DNA of 64,000 nucleotides, from the NCBI GenBank assembly GCA_964291235.2, contig OZ219815.1, positions 544,001-608,000 on the forward strand, given 5' to 3'. The stretch comes from Vicinamibacteria bacterium (GTDB taxonomy: Bacteria > Acidobacteriota > Vicinamibacteria > Marinacidobacterales > Marinacidobacteraceae). The position numbers were made by a program, and so were the translations under genes. Shown piece by piece: positions 11,641-20,811 of the stretch (its first letter is position 1; every line of letters begins with the position of its first letter). The notes under the pieces are model-generated. The model was not told the DNA's origin. It saw nothing but the letters and a program-made list of their open reading frames with translations, and ran no database searches.

Positions 11641-13641
11641 TCAGTGTTCCCGTTCGGGCCCGGGAGCGGGGAGCGAGGTGAACTCGGAGACTTCCCCCTC
11701 GGGCGCCGGCAGATTGAGGATGCGCATGAGGTCGAGCGCGTTGCCGCGAGCGAGGACGCCGTCCCGAAGCTGATAGTCGAACTCCATCGCTCCGTCCACC
11801 ACCCGCTCGGTGAAGTGCATGTTGCGCACCCGGCCGGGGAGTTCGTGGGCCAGCTCGGTGAGCGACAGGTCGTGCGTCGTCATCACCCCGACGGCGGACC
11901 GGCGGCCGAATTCACGCAGGAGAGCGGCAGCCGCGGCGCGGCGATCGTCGGAGTTCGTCCCCTGCAGCACCTCGTCCAGCAGGAAGAGCAGCGGCTCCCC
12001 GGCCGAGCCGGTGCCGAGCACCGCCTTGAGCGCCAGCAGTTCGGCGAGGAAACGGGAGACCCCGTCCTGAAGGGAGTCGTGGACGGCGATCGAGGCGCCG
12101 AGCGCGAGCGGCCCCAGCCGAAAGGTGGTCGCGGCGACCGGCGCACCGAGACGCGCCAGCAGGAAATTGACACCGATGGTTCTGAGCAGCGTGCTCTTGC
12201 CGGACATGTTGGAGCCGGTGACGATCAGCACATCCGCTTCGCCGCGGCCGAGACGCACGTCGTTGCGCTGCAACCGCGCCTCCGGGATCAAGGGATGACC
12301 GAGACCCTTCGCCTCGAGTCCGGCAACGTCATCGAACTCGGGAAACACGTGCCCCGGACGCTCGATGGAGTACTGGGCGAGCGCCAGCAGGGCATCGAAC
12401 TCGCCCGCGGCGCGGACCCACCCGCGCGCCTCCTCCTGGTGCCGCCGGCGCCAACGGTCGATGGCCCACATGTGATGCGTGCCCCAGAAGAGGAGTGCGG
12501 CCACGGGGGCGAAGAGGAGGTTGCGGCGCGCGCCGAGGCGAATCTGAAGCCGTTCGAGCTTCCCGAGCGCCACCTGGGCACGCTCCAGACGTTGGGCGAG
12601 CTCGGTCAGCAGTGGCGTCGAAAGGTCCTCGGCGGTCGCCGAGCGCGCGATCTGCCGGATGCCGGCGATCTCGGATTCCATCAGCCTGAGGACGGTTTCC
12701 TGCTCCCGCACCCGCAACCGGAGCCAGAGGCCGAAAGCCGCCGACAGAGACACCGCGGACAGGAAGAAGAGCCCGTCGCCGGCCGATGCCCAGCGGAAGA
12801 GCCCGAAGAGCATGGCGGCGCTGAGCGAAACCGCCATGGCTCCCAGCGCCAGTTCGGTCCTCCGGGGGGCGCCTCCGGCAGGCGTCTCCGCCCCTCCGGT
12901 CGGATCCGCGCCCGTCCCGCCATCCGTCCCGCCATCCGAGCTCAGCCAATCCACCACCACCGATGATCGGGTGCTCGGCCACGGCTCGAGACAACCGGCC
13001 GCCGCGAGCTGTTCCCGAATCTCGATCCGGGAGCCGAGTTCCCGCGCCGCGGCCTGGCGTGCCGTCACCTCCGCCGGCGGCGCGGCCTGGAGCAGCCACC
13101 CGGCGAGCGTTTCGCCGCCCGTGTCGGTCCGCCAGTCGGCAAGCCGCTCGAAGATGCCCCCGGATCCGAACAGGTCCAGATGGTCCCCGAGATGGCTTTC
13201 CCCGAGCGCGGCGACCCGGTGGCGCCGATTGGCGAGGCGGTGATCTTCGTCAACCGTATTCCGGTGGGCCGGGGTCCCGCCTCTCTGGATGGCCGCTGCC
13301 GGGGTGCCCGGACTGCCGGCCTCGCCCTCGGTGTCGCGGTCCACGCGGATGGCGGCGCGGTGGTGGAGTTGAGCGATGTGGTGCACCCCGCGCGCCCGGC
13401 TCAGCAGGCGCTCGTGAACGAAAGCCAGCCCGACAAAGGCCGCCACGGGAATGAAAACCCACCAGGGGGACCAGAGAACCGCGTCACCGGCCCCGAGCGC
13501 CAGGACGAGCGCCACCGCGACCACCGCCAGGCGCGCCGTCGAGATGCGGCGGACCCGACCGAGCAGCGCCGATGCCTCCGACAGGCTTTTCTGGGCCCGG
13601 CTCCAGAACTCGTTGGTGTCGGCGGGTGAGGGAGCGGTCAT
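11641..13641 (-). CDS. Membrane-anchored MutS-related ATPase (MutS domain V; no mismatch-binding domain)
   Basis: N-terminal and central hydrophobic segments, DLDLFG..., HPLI, TGSNMSGKST, S.F.AEL, LLDEVLQGTNS, TTHDL, FDY.L..G. Confidence 0.87.
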   Translation of the reverse strand: MTAPSPADTNEFWSRAQKSLSEASALLGRVRRISTARLAVVAVALVLALGAGDAVLWSPWWVFIPVAAFVGLAFVHERLLSRARGVHHIAQLHHRAAIRVDRDTEGEAGSPGTPAAAIQRGGTPAHRNTVDEDHRLANRRHRVAALGESHLGDHLDLFGSGGIFERLADWRTDTGGETLAGWLLQAAPPAEVTARQAAARELGSRIEIREQLAAAGCLEPWPSTRSSVVVDWLSSDGGTDGGTGADPTGGAETPAGGAPRRTELALGAMAVSLSAAMLFGLFRWASAGDGLFFLSAVSLSAAFGLWLRLRVREQETVLRLMESEIAGIRQIARSATAEDLSTPLLTELAQRLERAQVALGKLERLQIRLGARRNLLFAPVAALLFWGTHHMWAIDRWRRRHQEEARGWVRAAGEFDALLALAQYSIERPGHVFPEFDDVAGLEAKGLGHPLIPEARLQRNDVRLGRGEADVLIVTGSNMSGKSTLLRTIGVNFLLARLGAPVAATTFRLGPLALGASIAVHDSLQDGVSRFLAELLALKAVLGTGSAGEPLLFLLDEVLQGTNSDDRRAAAAALLREFGRRSAVGVMTTHDLSLTELAHELPGRVRNMHFTERVVDGAMEFDYQLRDGVLARGNALDLMRILNLPAPEGEVSEFTSLPAPGPEREH

Positions 13642-14243
13642 CCGGAGATCCGAGCGGACAGGCGGCCGAGGGCCGCCTTGAAGAGAACCTGCAGGTCGGC
13701 GTCGGGCATTTCGGTCCGCACGGCGGTCACGACCTCTTCGACGCGGCGCCGGTCCGTGAACTGAAGGTTCGCGAAGGCGGTGATCAGTTGGTCATGCACC
13801 GGATCGCGAGGGGCCGCCGCCGGCGCCGGGGTGGCCGGTTCCTCCGGGAGCGCCTCGGCGAGCTCCGTAATGAGACGCCGCGCCAGCTTCGCCCCCACTC
13901 CCGGAGCCGTCTGGAGCAGCTTCACTTCCTTGTCCCGGATCGCCTGGCGAAGCCGGGGAACGGACAGCGACAGGATGTTCAGGGCCACCGCGGGACCGAC
14001 ACCACTCACTCCCCGGAGCTGATCGAAGAACGCGGCTTCCTCGCTCTCCGCGAAGCCGAAGAGCTGAACCGCCTCGTCGCGATGGAGCAACATCCGGACG
14101 GTCAGCGACACCGCGTCCCCCGGCCCTCCCAGACGCGAGGCGGTTCCCGTGGAAACCTGGAGCCGGAAGCCGATTCCCTGGACGTCCACCAGGACACACC
14201 CGTCGCCGGTCTCGAGGAGCCTGCCCGCGAGGCGCTCGATCAC
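13638..14243 (-). CDS. ruvA: Holliday junction branch migration protein RuvA
   Basis: MIERLAG.L, VDVQGIGF, LFGF, VSGVGP..AL, PGVGAKLA.R...EL. Confidence 0.95.
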   Translation of the reverse strand: MIERLAGRLLETGDGCVLVDVQGIGFRLQVSTGTASRLGGPGDAVSLTVRMLLHRDEAVQLFGFAESEEAAFFDQLRGVSGVGPAVALNILSLSVPRLRQAIRDKEVKLLQTAPGVGAKLARRLITELAEALPEEPATPAPAAAPRDPVHDQLITAFANLQFTDRRRVEEVVTAVRTEMPDADLQVLFKAALGRLSARISG

Positions 14244-14791
14244 CGGGGACCTCCCTGGGTGGCGCGGGCCAGCCGGGCCTTGGCGCGCCGGGCGTCCAGA
14301 TGGCAGATTGCGACGGCAAGCGCGTCCGCCGCGTCGTCCGAGGCCGGGGGCTCGGCCATCCCCAGCCGCCGGGCCACCATGGTGGCCACCGCGCCCTTGT
14401 CGGCGGCTCCGTAGCCGGTGAGCGCCTGTTTGACGCTCCGCGGGCTGTATTCGGTCACGGGGACCTCCCCAGCCGCGACCAGCACAGCGCCGCGGGCGTG
14501 GCCGAGAGTGAGGGCGGCGCCGGCGTTCGCCGCGCTGAAAACCGACTCCACCGCCAGCTCATCGGGCCGAAGCCGCTGGATGACCGCGCCCATTTCCCGG
14601 TGAAGCCGCCTCAGGCGCTCCACCAGCGGGTCCCTGGGCGGGCACCGGACGATCCCGAAGTCCACGACCCGCAGCCTACCCGCCGTTTCCTCCACCGCGC
14701 CCCAGCCGCTGATCCGCGAACCGGGATCGAGTCCGACGACCCGAGTCGTGGACTGGGAATCGGTCTGATTGGCGGCAGGGGACGAATGCAA
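14240..14791 (-). CDS. ruvC: Crossover junction endodeoxyribonuclease RuvC
   Basis: VGLDPGS, AVESVF, LGHARG, EYSP..VK..LTGYG.A.K, DDAADALAVAICH. Start codon uncertain. Confidence 0.95.
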   Translation of the reverse strand: MHSSPAANQTDSQSTTRVVGLDPGSRISGWGAVEETAGRLRVVDFGIVRCPPRDPLVERLRRLHREMGAVIQRLRPDELAVESVFSAANAGAALTLGHARGAVLVAAGEVPVTEYSPRSVKQALTGYGAADKGAVATMVARRLGMAEPPASDDAADALAVAICHLDARRAKARLARATQGGPR

Positions 14792-14805
14792 GAGAAGAAA
14801 CGGCG

Positions 14806-15555
14806 TCAGGACCGAGCGACGTCCAGCTCTTCGTCGTCCATGTCGAAGTTCGCCCAGACGCCGATCACGTCCTCGTGATCCTCAAGCGCCTCCATGAGCT
14901 TCAGAACCCGCTGCGCCTCGCCGCCGGCGACCCGAACATGCTGGGTCGCGAGCATGGCGATCTCCTCGCTGTCGCAGGGGATTCCGTTCGATCCCAGCGC
15001 ATCCCTCACGGCGGCGAATGCTTCGGGCGGGCACCGCAGGTCCCAATGCTCGCCGTCCTCGAGTACGTCGCTGCCTCCGCTCGACAGGACGAGATCGATC
15101 AGATCGTCTTCGGAAGCCTGCTCCTTGGGGACCAGGAATTGGCCGGCCTTTTCGAACATCCAGTTGACGGAGCCGCTTTCGCCGAGGTTCCCGCCGTACT
15201 TGGAGAACAGGTGGCGCACGTCGCTCACCGTCCGGTTCCGGTTGTCCGTCGCCGCCTGGACGAAGACGGCCACCCCGCCGGCCCCGTAGCCTTCGTAGCT
15301 CGTCTCTTCCATCCGAAAACCGGGAAGGTCGCCGGTTCCCTTCTTGATGGCGCGAGCGATGTTGTCGCGGGGGACGTTGCCCGCCTTCGCCTTTTCCACC
15401 GCGAGGCGCAGCCGCGGATTGAACTGCAGGTCGCCGCCACCGATGCGCGCCGCCATCGTGACTTCCTTGAGCAGCCGCGTGAACGCTTTTCCGCGCTTCG
15501 CATCCACGATCGCCTTCTTGTGGCGAATCGAGTGCCATTTGCTGTGTCCCGACAA
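14806..15555 (-). CDS. yebC: YebC/PmpR family protein
   Basis: TTG start at 15555 gives (M)SGHSKWHSIRHKK; YEGYG.GG, TDNRNRT, GSV.WMF, LED.EDV. Confidence 0.96.
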   Translation of the reverse strand: MSGHSKWHSIRHKKAIVDAKRGKAFTRLLKEVTMAARIGGGDLQFNPRLRLAVEKAKAGNVPRDNIARAIKKGTGDLPGFRMEETSYEGYGAGGVAVFVQAATDNRNRTVSDVRHLFSKYGGNLGESGSVNWMFEKAGQFLVPKEQASEDDLIDLVLSSGGSDVLEDGEHWDLRCPPEAFAAVRDALGSNGIPCDSEEIAMLATQHVRVAGGEAQRVLKLMEALEDHEDVIGVWANFDMDDEELDVARS

Positions 15556-15695
15556 CGACCGAGTTCTCCCATTGGCCCGTTCCGGTCCGACCCTTGCTCC
15601 CGAATGTCCATCACCGAGAGACTCCGGCGAGCGCTGCCGCCGGGGCAGGCCGCCGAAAATCGTAACCCAATCGGCGGCGATTCTCCCGCCGGCCA

Positions 15696-15725
15696 GGGAA
15701 CGCCGGCCTCCCGGCCGGCACAGCG
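15696..15725. repeat. REP-like palindrome
   Basis: GGGAACGCCGGCCTCCCGGCCGGCACAGCG matches 26230-26259 at 29/30 nt. Confidence 0.85.
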
Positions 15726-15851
15726 GGCCGCAGGGCCGGGTCAGCATGGACCCCACCCGTCGGTATGGCTCCCCTCCCGGCGGAACCCCAGTGGAAACAG
15801 TGGCCTGTTGGAGACTCCCTCTGCCGGTACAACTTGCAGCTGACCAAAGGG

Positions 15852-16691
15852 CTAATCGTCGAACACGAAGGCCGGTTCCGCGTAGTAGCGGACCCGGCCG
15901 GACTCGAAGCGATCGGCAACGAGGTCCTCGAGACGGCGTCGCTTCTCCTCGAGCGGGAGCTTCACTTCGAGAAACGAGAGCGGCAGGTTGAAACCCAGCA
16001 CGCGCCGGGGAACCAGGAACCGCGTGATCCCGGACGGCAGCCGCTCGCCGGCTTCGGTGGTCGCCAGCACCTGCTCCTTGGAGATGCCGGTGTACTCGAG
16101 CAGTCCTCCAAACTCGGGGTACGCGGACCGGACCTGATCGAGATCGCGATGGGCAATCCGGGCCAGCCGCGCTCGCCGGTGCGTATAGCGGGTGCAGAGT
16201 TCCCGGAGCGCTCTGGCCCGCTCCGCCGGTTCCCGCGGACCGACCAGCACCGTCTCATCGCCGTCCGGCAGCCAGAGCTTGCAGAGGGGATACCCGTCCG
16301 GCGGGTCGGGCAATGTCTCCCGACCCTGAATCCGGGTTCCCGCCGGCGGGTCGTCAACGATGGCGGCGGCCTCCCGGGTGCGGATCACGTGGTTCCAGTG
16401 CGACAGGTCCAGCACCGGGTCCGCGAACGTTTCGGTCTGCACCAGGGCGTGGCGGACACCCATGCGCGCCAGGGCTTCGATCCGATTCGCCCCGTCGAGC
16501 AGCAGTCTCCGCCCGGTCTCCAGGCGCGCGACGATGGGCGGATTTCGCAGGATGCCATCGGTGCTCAGGCGTTCGATCAGGGCCGCCACCCGGGCGAGAT
16601 CCACTTCTTCGTGCAGGCGGATCTCGCGGATCGCCACCACTTCCATGACCGGAATCCCGGGTTCGGGGTGCTGCTCGCCGGTACTGGACAC
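15852..16691 (-). CDS. ParB/Srx-fold protein similar to SbnI/SerK free-serine kinases
   Basis: I.LHE..D..R, ILRNPPIV, LLDGANR, W.H, LPSGITRF...RVL, RYY.EP.F.FD follow SbnI along its length. Start is GTG 16691 or ATG 16646. Confidence 0.72.
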   Translation of the reverse strand: MSSTGEQHPEPGIPVMEVVAIREIRLHEEVDLARVAALIERLSTDGILRNPPIVARLETGRRLLLDGANRIEALARMGVRHALVQTETFADPVLDLSHWNHVIRTREAAAIVDDPPAGTRIQGRETLPDPPDGYPLCKLWLPDGDETVLVGPREPAERARALRELCTRYTHRRARLARIAHRDLDQVRSAYPEFGGLLEYTGISKEQVLATTEAGERLPSGITRFLVPRRVLGFNLPLSFLEVKLPLEEKRRRLEDLVADRFESGRVRYYAEPAFVFDD

Positions 16692-16769
16692 AGGGCCGCG
16701 ATTGTAGAGTCCGGGTTCCGGACCGGGGGCCAGACTCCGACAAGTCGCCGCTCTGCGGCGCCGCGGTAT

Positions 16770-16778
16770 TGGTAGAAT
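16770..16778 (+). promoter_or_regulatory. Extended -10 element (TGnTAGAAT) for the ABC transporter operon
   Basis: TGGTAGAAT lies 28 nt before ATG 16807. A divergent TACAAT is on the minus strand at 16701-16706. Confidence 0.55.
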
Positions 16779-16806
16779 TTCGGGTTCGTTCGTCCGGCTT
16801 CTCCCT

Positions 16807-18033
16807 ATGTCTGCTGATTTCCGCTCCCGCGGGCTCTTGGTCCTGGGGCTTGGACTGCTCATCGGGCTTCCGGCGTGCTCCGGTGGCGGCGGGGATTCCA
16901 TCCGGATCGGAGCCGCGCTTCCCCTGAGCGGGAAACACGCGAATGTCGGCGGGTTCCTGAGAGACGGGTACCAGCTCGCCGTTCAGGAGGCGAACGCCCA
17001 GGGAGGCGTGGAGATCGACGGAGTCCAGCGGACGATCGAGCTGCGCGTTTACGACGACAAGAGCGACGCATCCATCTCTCCCAGTTTGCTGGAGCGCCTG
17101 ATCGCCGTTGACGGCGCCGTCGCTCTGCTGTCGGGTTACTCGACTCCGTTGGTTCAGGCGCAGGTCATCGTGCCCATGCGTCGGGGAATCCCCTTCGTGA
17201 ACGCCGGGGGAGCGTCGAAGTCGATCTTCCGCGAGGGGAACCAGTGGGTCTTTGGCGCGCTCAGCCCCGTCGAGTCGCTCGCCAGCACGACGCTCGAATG
17301 GCTCATGTGGGAACAGGATCAGGACCGGCTGCCCCGGCCTTTGCGGATCGCCATGGTGTGGCAAAACACCGACCACGGACGGGAATACCGGACGGGGGTG
17401 TTGAGCGTCGTGGAGGAGAATCCCGACAGCTTCGAACTGGTGCTCGACGAATCCTTCGAACATCTCTCAAGCGACCACACCTCGCTGATCGTCAAGGTCC
17501 GTTCCGTCGCCGCGGATGTCTTCCTCTCCGACGCGCACGAGCCGGATTTCCTCCTGCAGCATCGCGCCTACGTGGAACAGGGACTCGGGCACATCGCGGT
17601 GAGCTACGGAGCCCGCGGCCCGGAGCGCTCGGTGCGCGAGGGTCTCGGCGAAGCGGTCTCCCACCTGGTGTCGGCGCAGTGGTGGACGCGGGCGCTGCCC
17701 TACCCGAGATCCCAGCACTTCATCGAGGAATACGAAAGCCGGTTCGGGGGCCCGGTGACCGAGTATTACCCCGCGGTCGCCTACGAAGCCGCGAGAGCCC
17801 TCATCGCCGCGATCGGGAATGCCGGTTCGACGGAGCCCGAGGCGATTCGCGACGCTCTCCGGGAACTTGAACTCACCGACTCTCTCCTCCCGGGCGAACG
17901 CCTGTATTTCCCCGAGGAGAGCCGGTACCAGATCGAGAACCGCTGCGTCATCGTGCAGAACGAGCCGGACGGAGGAGTTCGCGTCATTTATCCGCCCGAA
18001 GCGGCGGAGGGACCCGCCTTTTTGGGAAGCTGA
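16807..18033 (+). CDS. Branched-chain amino acid (Liv/HAAT) ABC transporter substrate-binding lipoprotein
   Basis: Lipobox LPAC, IRIGA.LPLSG, GYQLAV..AN..GG, YDDKSD. Confidence 0.9.
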   Translation: MSADFRSRGLLVLGLGLLIGLPACSGGGGDSIRIGAALPLSGKHANVGGFLRDGYQLAVQEANAQGGVEIDGVQRTIELRVYDDKSDASISPSLLERLIAVDGAVALLSGYSTPLVQAQVIVPMRRGIPFVNAGGASKSIFREGNQWVFGALSPVESLASTTLEWLMWEQDQDRLPRPLRIAMVWQNTDHGREYRTGVLSVVEENPDSFELVLDESFEHLSSDHTSLIVKVRSVAADVFLSDAHEPDFLLQHRAYVEQGLGHIAVSYGARGPERSVREGLGEAVSHLVSAQWWTRALPYPRSQHFIEEYESRFGGPVTEYYPAVAYEAARALIAAIGNAGSTEPEAIRDALRELELTDSLLPGERLYFPEESRYQIENRCVIVQNEPDGGVRVIYPPEAAEGPAFLGS

Positions 18034-18193
18034 GGCCCAGACGCCCTAACACCCATGCGAAGGACCTTGCATCGAGGTCTCCGCCCCGAGTCCGGGGTGT
18101 AAATCGCTCCGCGTGGCGCTCCGAGGCGACGTGCGATGGGGCGGCACTGCTCTCCCGCCGTCCCGGACTTAACAGCGCAGGACGGGCCGCCAT

Positions 18194-19048
18194 TTGGTTG
18201 ACCTCCTCTCGGTCCTGGCCTCCGGGATTCTGGTGGGCACGGTGTACGCGTACATGGCGTACGGGCTGGGTCTGATCTACGGTGTCCTGCGGGTCGTCAA
18301 TCTCGCCCACGGAGCCTTCCTGACCCTCGGCGTGTATGTGACCTGGTGGCTCAACACGACCTTCGGCATCGACCCGCTTGTCTCGCTCCTGATCACGGTT
18401 CCCCTCGGCTTTGCGCTCGGGGCCACGGTCGAGCGGACTCTGGTGTTCCGCCTCCGGGACAGCCCGCCGGTCACCACCCTGCTCTTGCTGTTCGGGGTGT
18501 GGCTCATCGTCCGCAACGTGCTGTATCTCGTGTTCGGCGGGGCCGACCGGTCGCTCCTGACGTCGTATTCGCTCGAGTCGCTGGCGGTGGGACCGCTGAC
18601 CCTGAGCATCCCGCGGCTCATCGTCTCCGGCTTTTCGTTGCTCGGCTTCGTGGTGCTCGCCGTCATGCTGAAGCGCACCTGGGCCGGTCTGTCGCTTCGC
18701 GCCGTCGCTCAGGACCGTGAGGCCGCGGCCCTTTCGGGCGTCCCGGTGAACCGGGTGTGGGCGATCGCGTTCGGAATCGGCTCGGCGCTCGCGATGTCGG
18801 CGGGCAGCTTGATGTCGCTGTTCTACTCCGTTACTCCGGAATTTGGCGCCCGGTTCCTTCTGAAGAGCTTTTGCGTCGTCGTGCTCGGAGGACTCACCAA
18901 CATCGGCGGCATCCTCATCGCCGGCATCGGGCTCGGGATCGCCGAGGACCTGACCGCCTTCTATGTGCACACCGGCTACCGGGACGTGGTGAGCTTCCTG
19001 GTCCTGACCGCCGCTCTCGTCCTGCGCAGCGCCGACGCCGATAGCTAA
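18194..19048 (+). CDS. livH: Liv-type ABC transporter permease (LivH-like)
   Basis: GL.LIYGVLRVVNLAHG, LRAVAQDREAA.L.GV, VVLGGL. Confidence 0.9.
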   Translation: MVDLLSVLASGILVGTVYAYMAYGLGLIYGVLRVVNLAHGAFLTLGVYVTWWLNTTFGIDPLVSLLITVPLGFALGATVERTLVFRLRDSPPVTTLLLLFGVWLIVRNVLYLVFGGADRSLLTSYSLESLAVGPLTLSIPRLIVSGFSLLGFVVLAVMLKRTWAGLSLRAVAQDREAAALSGVPVNRVWAIAFGIGSALAMSAGSLMSLFYSVTPEFGARFLLKSFCVVVLGGLTNIGGILIAGIGLGIAEDLTAFYVHTGYRDVVSFLVLTAALVLRSADADS

Positions 19049-19105
19049 GCAACCCGTGGCCAGAGCATTCCGCATGACGTCCACCCGGGCAACGTTCGCG
19101 AGAGG

Positions 19106-20056
19106 TTGCTGACCGTGCAGCCTGCTTCCCGGCGCAGCCTCGCTCTCGGCCTCGTAGCCCTCGCCGCGCTCGCTGCGGTCGGTCCGTTGCTGATCGCCAA
19201 CCCCTACGCCTCGCGGCTCGCGCAGCTCCTCTTCCTGAACGTGGTGCTGGCCAGCGCCTGGAACCTGGTCGGAGGCTTCGCGGGGCAGATCTCGTTCGGC
19301 AACGCGTCGCTCTTCGGAGTGGGCGCCTACGCAACCTCGATGTTGTGGGTGGCCGGCTTTCATCCCTTCCTCACCATGCCGGTTGCGGCCCTGCTTGCGG
19401 CCTTTTACGGAGTGGTGTGGGGGTGGCCGTGCCTCCGCCTCCGCGGACCGTATTTCGCCATCGCCACCATCGGCGTGGCGGAAGCGACGCGGATCGTGGC
19501 AAACCACATCGAGGCGGCGGGCGGGGCCTCGGGATTGACCCTTCCCCTGGAGGAGGACCTGGGGCCCGTGCTCCTCTACGCAGTGGGCGCCGTCCTCGCC
19601 GTCGCGGCAGTTCTGGTAAGCGCCGCCGTCCGCCGTTCCCGCCTGGGCCTCGGTCTGATCGCGCTCCGGGAGGACGCGCAGGCGGCCGCGGCGTCCGGGG
19701 TCAACGTGGCCCGCCAACAGGTCACCGTCTTCGCCATTACCGCTGCTCTCACCGGGCTCGCGGGCAGCTACTACGCGCTCTTCACCCTCTACGTGGTGCC
19801 GGAGAAGGTGTTCGGCTTCGATCTCTCGATCAGCCTCGTTCTCATGGTGCTGGTGGGGGGAATCGGGACCGTGATCGGACCCGTCCTGGGTGCGACGATC
19901 TTCCTCGTCCTCGAACAGTTCGTGCTCGCCAGCCTCGCGGACATTCACCTCGCCGCGTTCGGCGCGCTGCTGATCTTCATCATCTTGTGGGAACCGAGGG
20001 GAGTCGCGCCGCGTCTCGCCCAGGTCGTGGGGCTGATCCGAAGGAGGAAGGGATGA
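19106..20056 (+). CDS. livM: Liv-type ABC transporter permease (LivM-like)
   Basis: WNLVGGFAGQISFG, LRLRGPYFAIAT, ALRED..AA...GVN, GGIGTVIGPVLG. Confidence 0.9.
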   Translation: MLTVQPASRRSLALGLVALAALAAVGPLLIANPYASRLAQLLFLNVVLASAWNLVGGFAGQISFGNASLFGVGAYATSMLWVAGFHPFLTMPVAALLAAFYGVVWGWPCLRLRGPYFAIATIGVAEATRIVANHIEAAGGASGLTLPLEEDLGPVLLYAVGAVLAVAAVLVSAAVRRSRLGLGLIALREDAQAAAASGVNVARQQVTVFAITAALTGLAGSYYALFTLYVVPEKVFGFDLSISLVLMVLVGGIGTVIGPVLGATIFLVLEQFVLASLADIHLAAFGALLIFIILWEPRGVAPRLAQVVGLIRRRKG

Positions 20057-20799
20057 GCAGCCCGCAGGCCGGATCCCTCCTCGTCGAAGCCAAGGGAGTC
20101 GTGAAGCGCTTTGGCGGCCTCACGGCCGTCCACCGCCTCGATCTCTTCCTCGAGGAGGGAGAGATCCTGGGCCTCATCGGCCCGAACGGCGCCGGCAAGA
20201 CCACCCTGTTCAACCTGCTGAGCGGTCAGCTTGCTCCTGACGCGGGGGAGATTCGCTTGCTGGGGCGCGAAATCCAGCATCTCCCGTCGCACCGGATCTG
20301 CCGCCTGGGACTCGCCCGCACCTTTCAGGTCCCGCGCCCGTTCCTGGCGATGACGGCGTTCGAAAGCGTTCTCGTGGGCGCGCAGTTCGGCCGGCGCGTC
20401 TCCGGCGCGTCTGCCCCGGGTACCGCGGAAGCCTGCCTGACGTTGACCCGGCTCGAAGGCCGGCGTGACGCACCGGTGCATTCCCTGAACCTGGCCGAAC
20501 GGAAACGGCTCGACCTGGCGAGGGCCCTCGCTACCAGACCGCGGGTCTTGCTGGTGGACGAGGTGGCGGCTGGGCTGAATCCGACGGAAGTGCGCGAGAC
20601 CGTCGGCATCCTGAGAGAGGTCCACGCGAGCGGCATCGGCATCATCTACGTGGAACACGTGATGGAAGCGGTGATGGACATTTCCGATCGGATCCATGTG
20701 CTCGACCACGGCGCCACCATCGCCATCGGAACCCCTGAGGAAGTAACCCGGAATCCCGACGTGATCGAGGCCTATCTGGGCCGGTCCGCGGGATCCTGA
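20053..20799 (+). CDS. livG: Liv-type ABC transporter ATP-binding protein (LivG-like)
   Basis: KRFGGL.AV, GPNGAGKTT, ARTFQ, VDEVAAGLN, VEH.M, EAYLG. ATG 20053 overlaps the livM stop. Confidence 0.93.
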   Translation: MSSPQAGSLLVEAKGVVKRFGGLTAVHRLDLFLEEGEILGLIGPNGAGKTTLFNLLSGQLAPDAGEIRLLGREIQHLPSHRICRLGLARTFQVPRPFLAMTAFESVLVGAQFGRRVSGASAPGTAEACLTLTRLEGRRDAPVHSLNLAERKRLDLARALATRPRVLLVDEVAAGLNPTEVRETVGILREVHASGIGIIYVEHVMEAVMDISDRIHVLDHGATIAIGTPEEVTRNPDVIEAYLGRSAGS

Positions 20800-20811
20800 G
20801 GACGTGGATCG

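Noticed and set aside
11641-13641. Canonical mutS or mutS2
   Set aside because: It lacks the mismatch-recognition and Smr domains and has transmembrane segments.
15739-15845. 6S RNA, SRP RNA or a known riboswitch
   Set aside because: The SRP GGAA-loop motif and known aptamer consensus sequences are absent, and it is short for 6S. Kept only as a low-interest candidate.
15852-16691. Chromosome-partition ParB
   Set aside because: No HTH, no adjacent parA, and the C-terminal half follows SbnI.
18034-18193. ncRNA between the binding-protein and permease genes
   Set aside because: Inverted repeats (AGTCCGGG/CCCGGACT) are present, but stem-loops after binding-protein genes are common mRNA stabilisers and nothing specific is recognisable.
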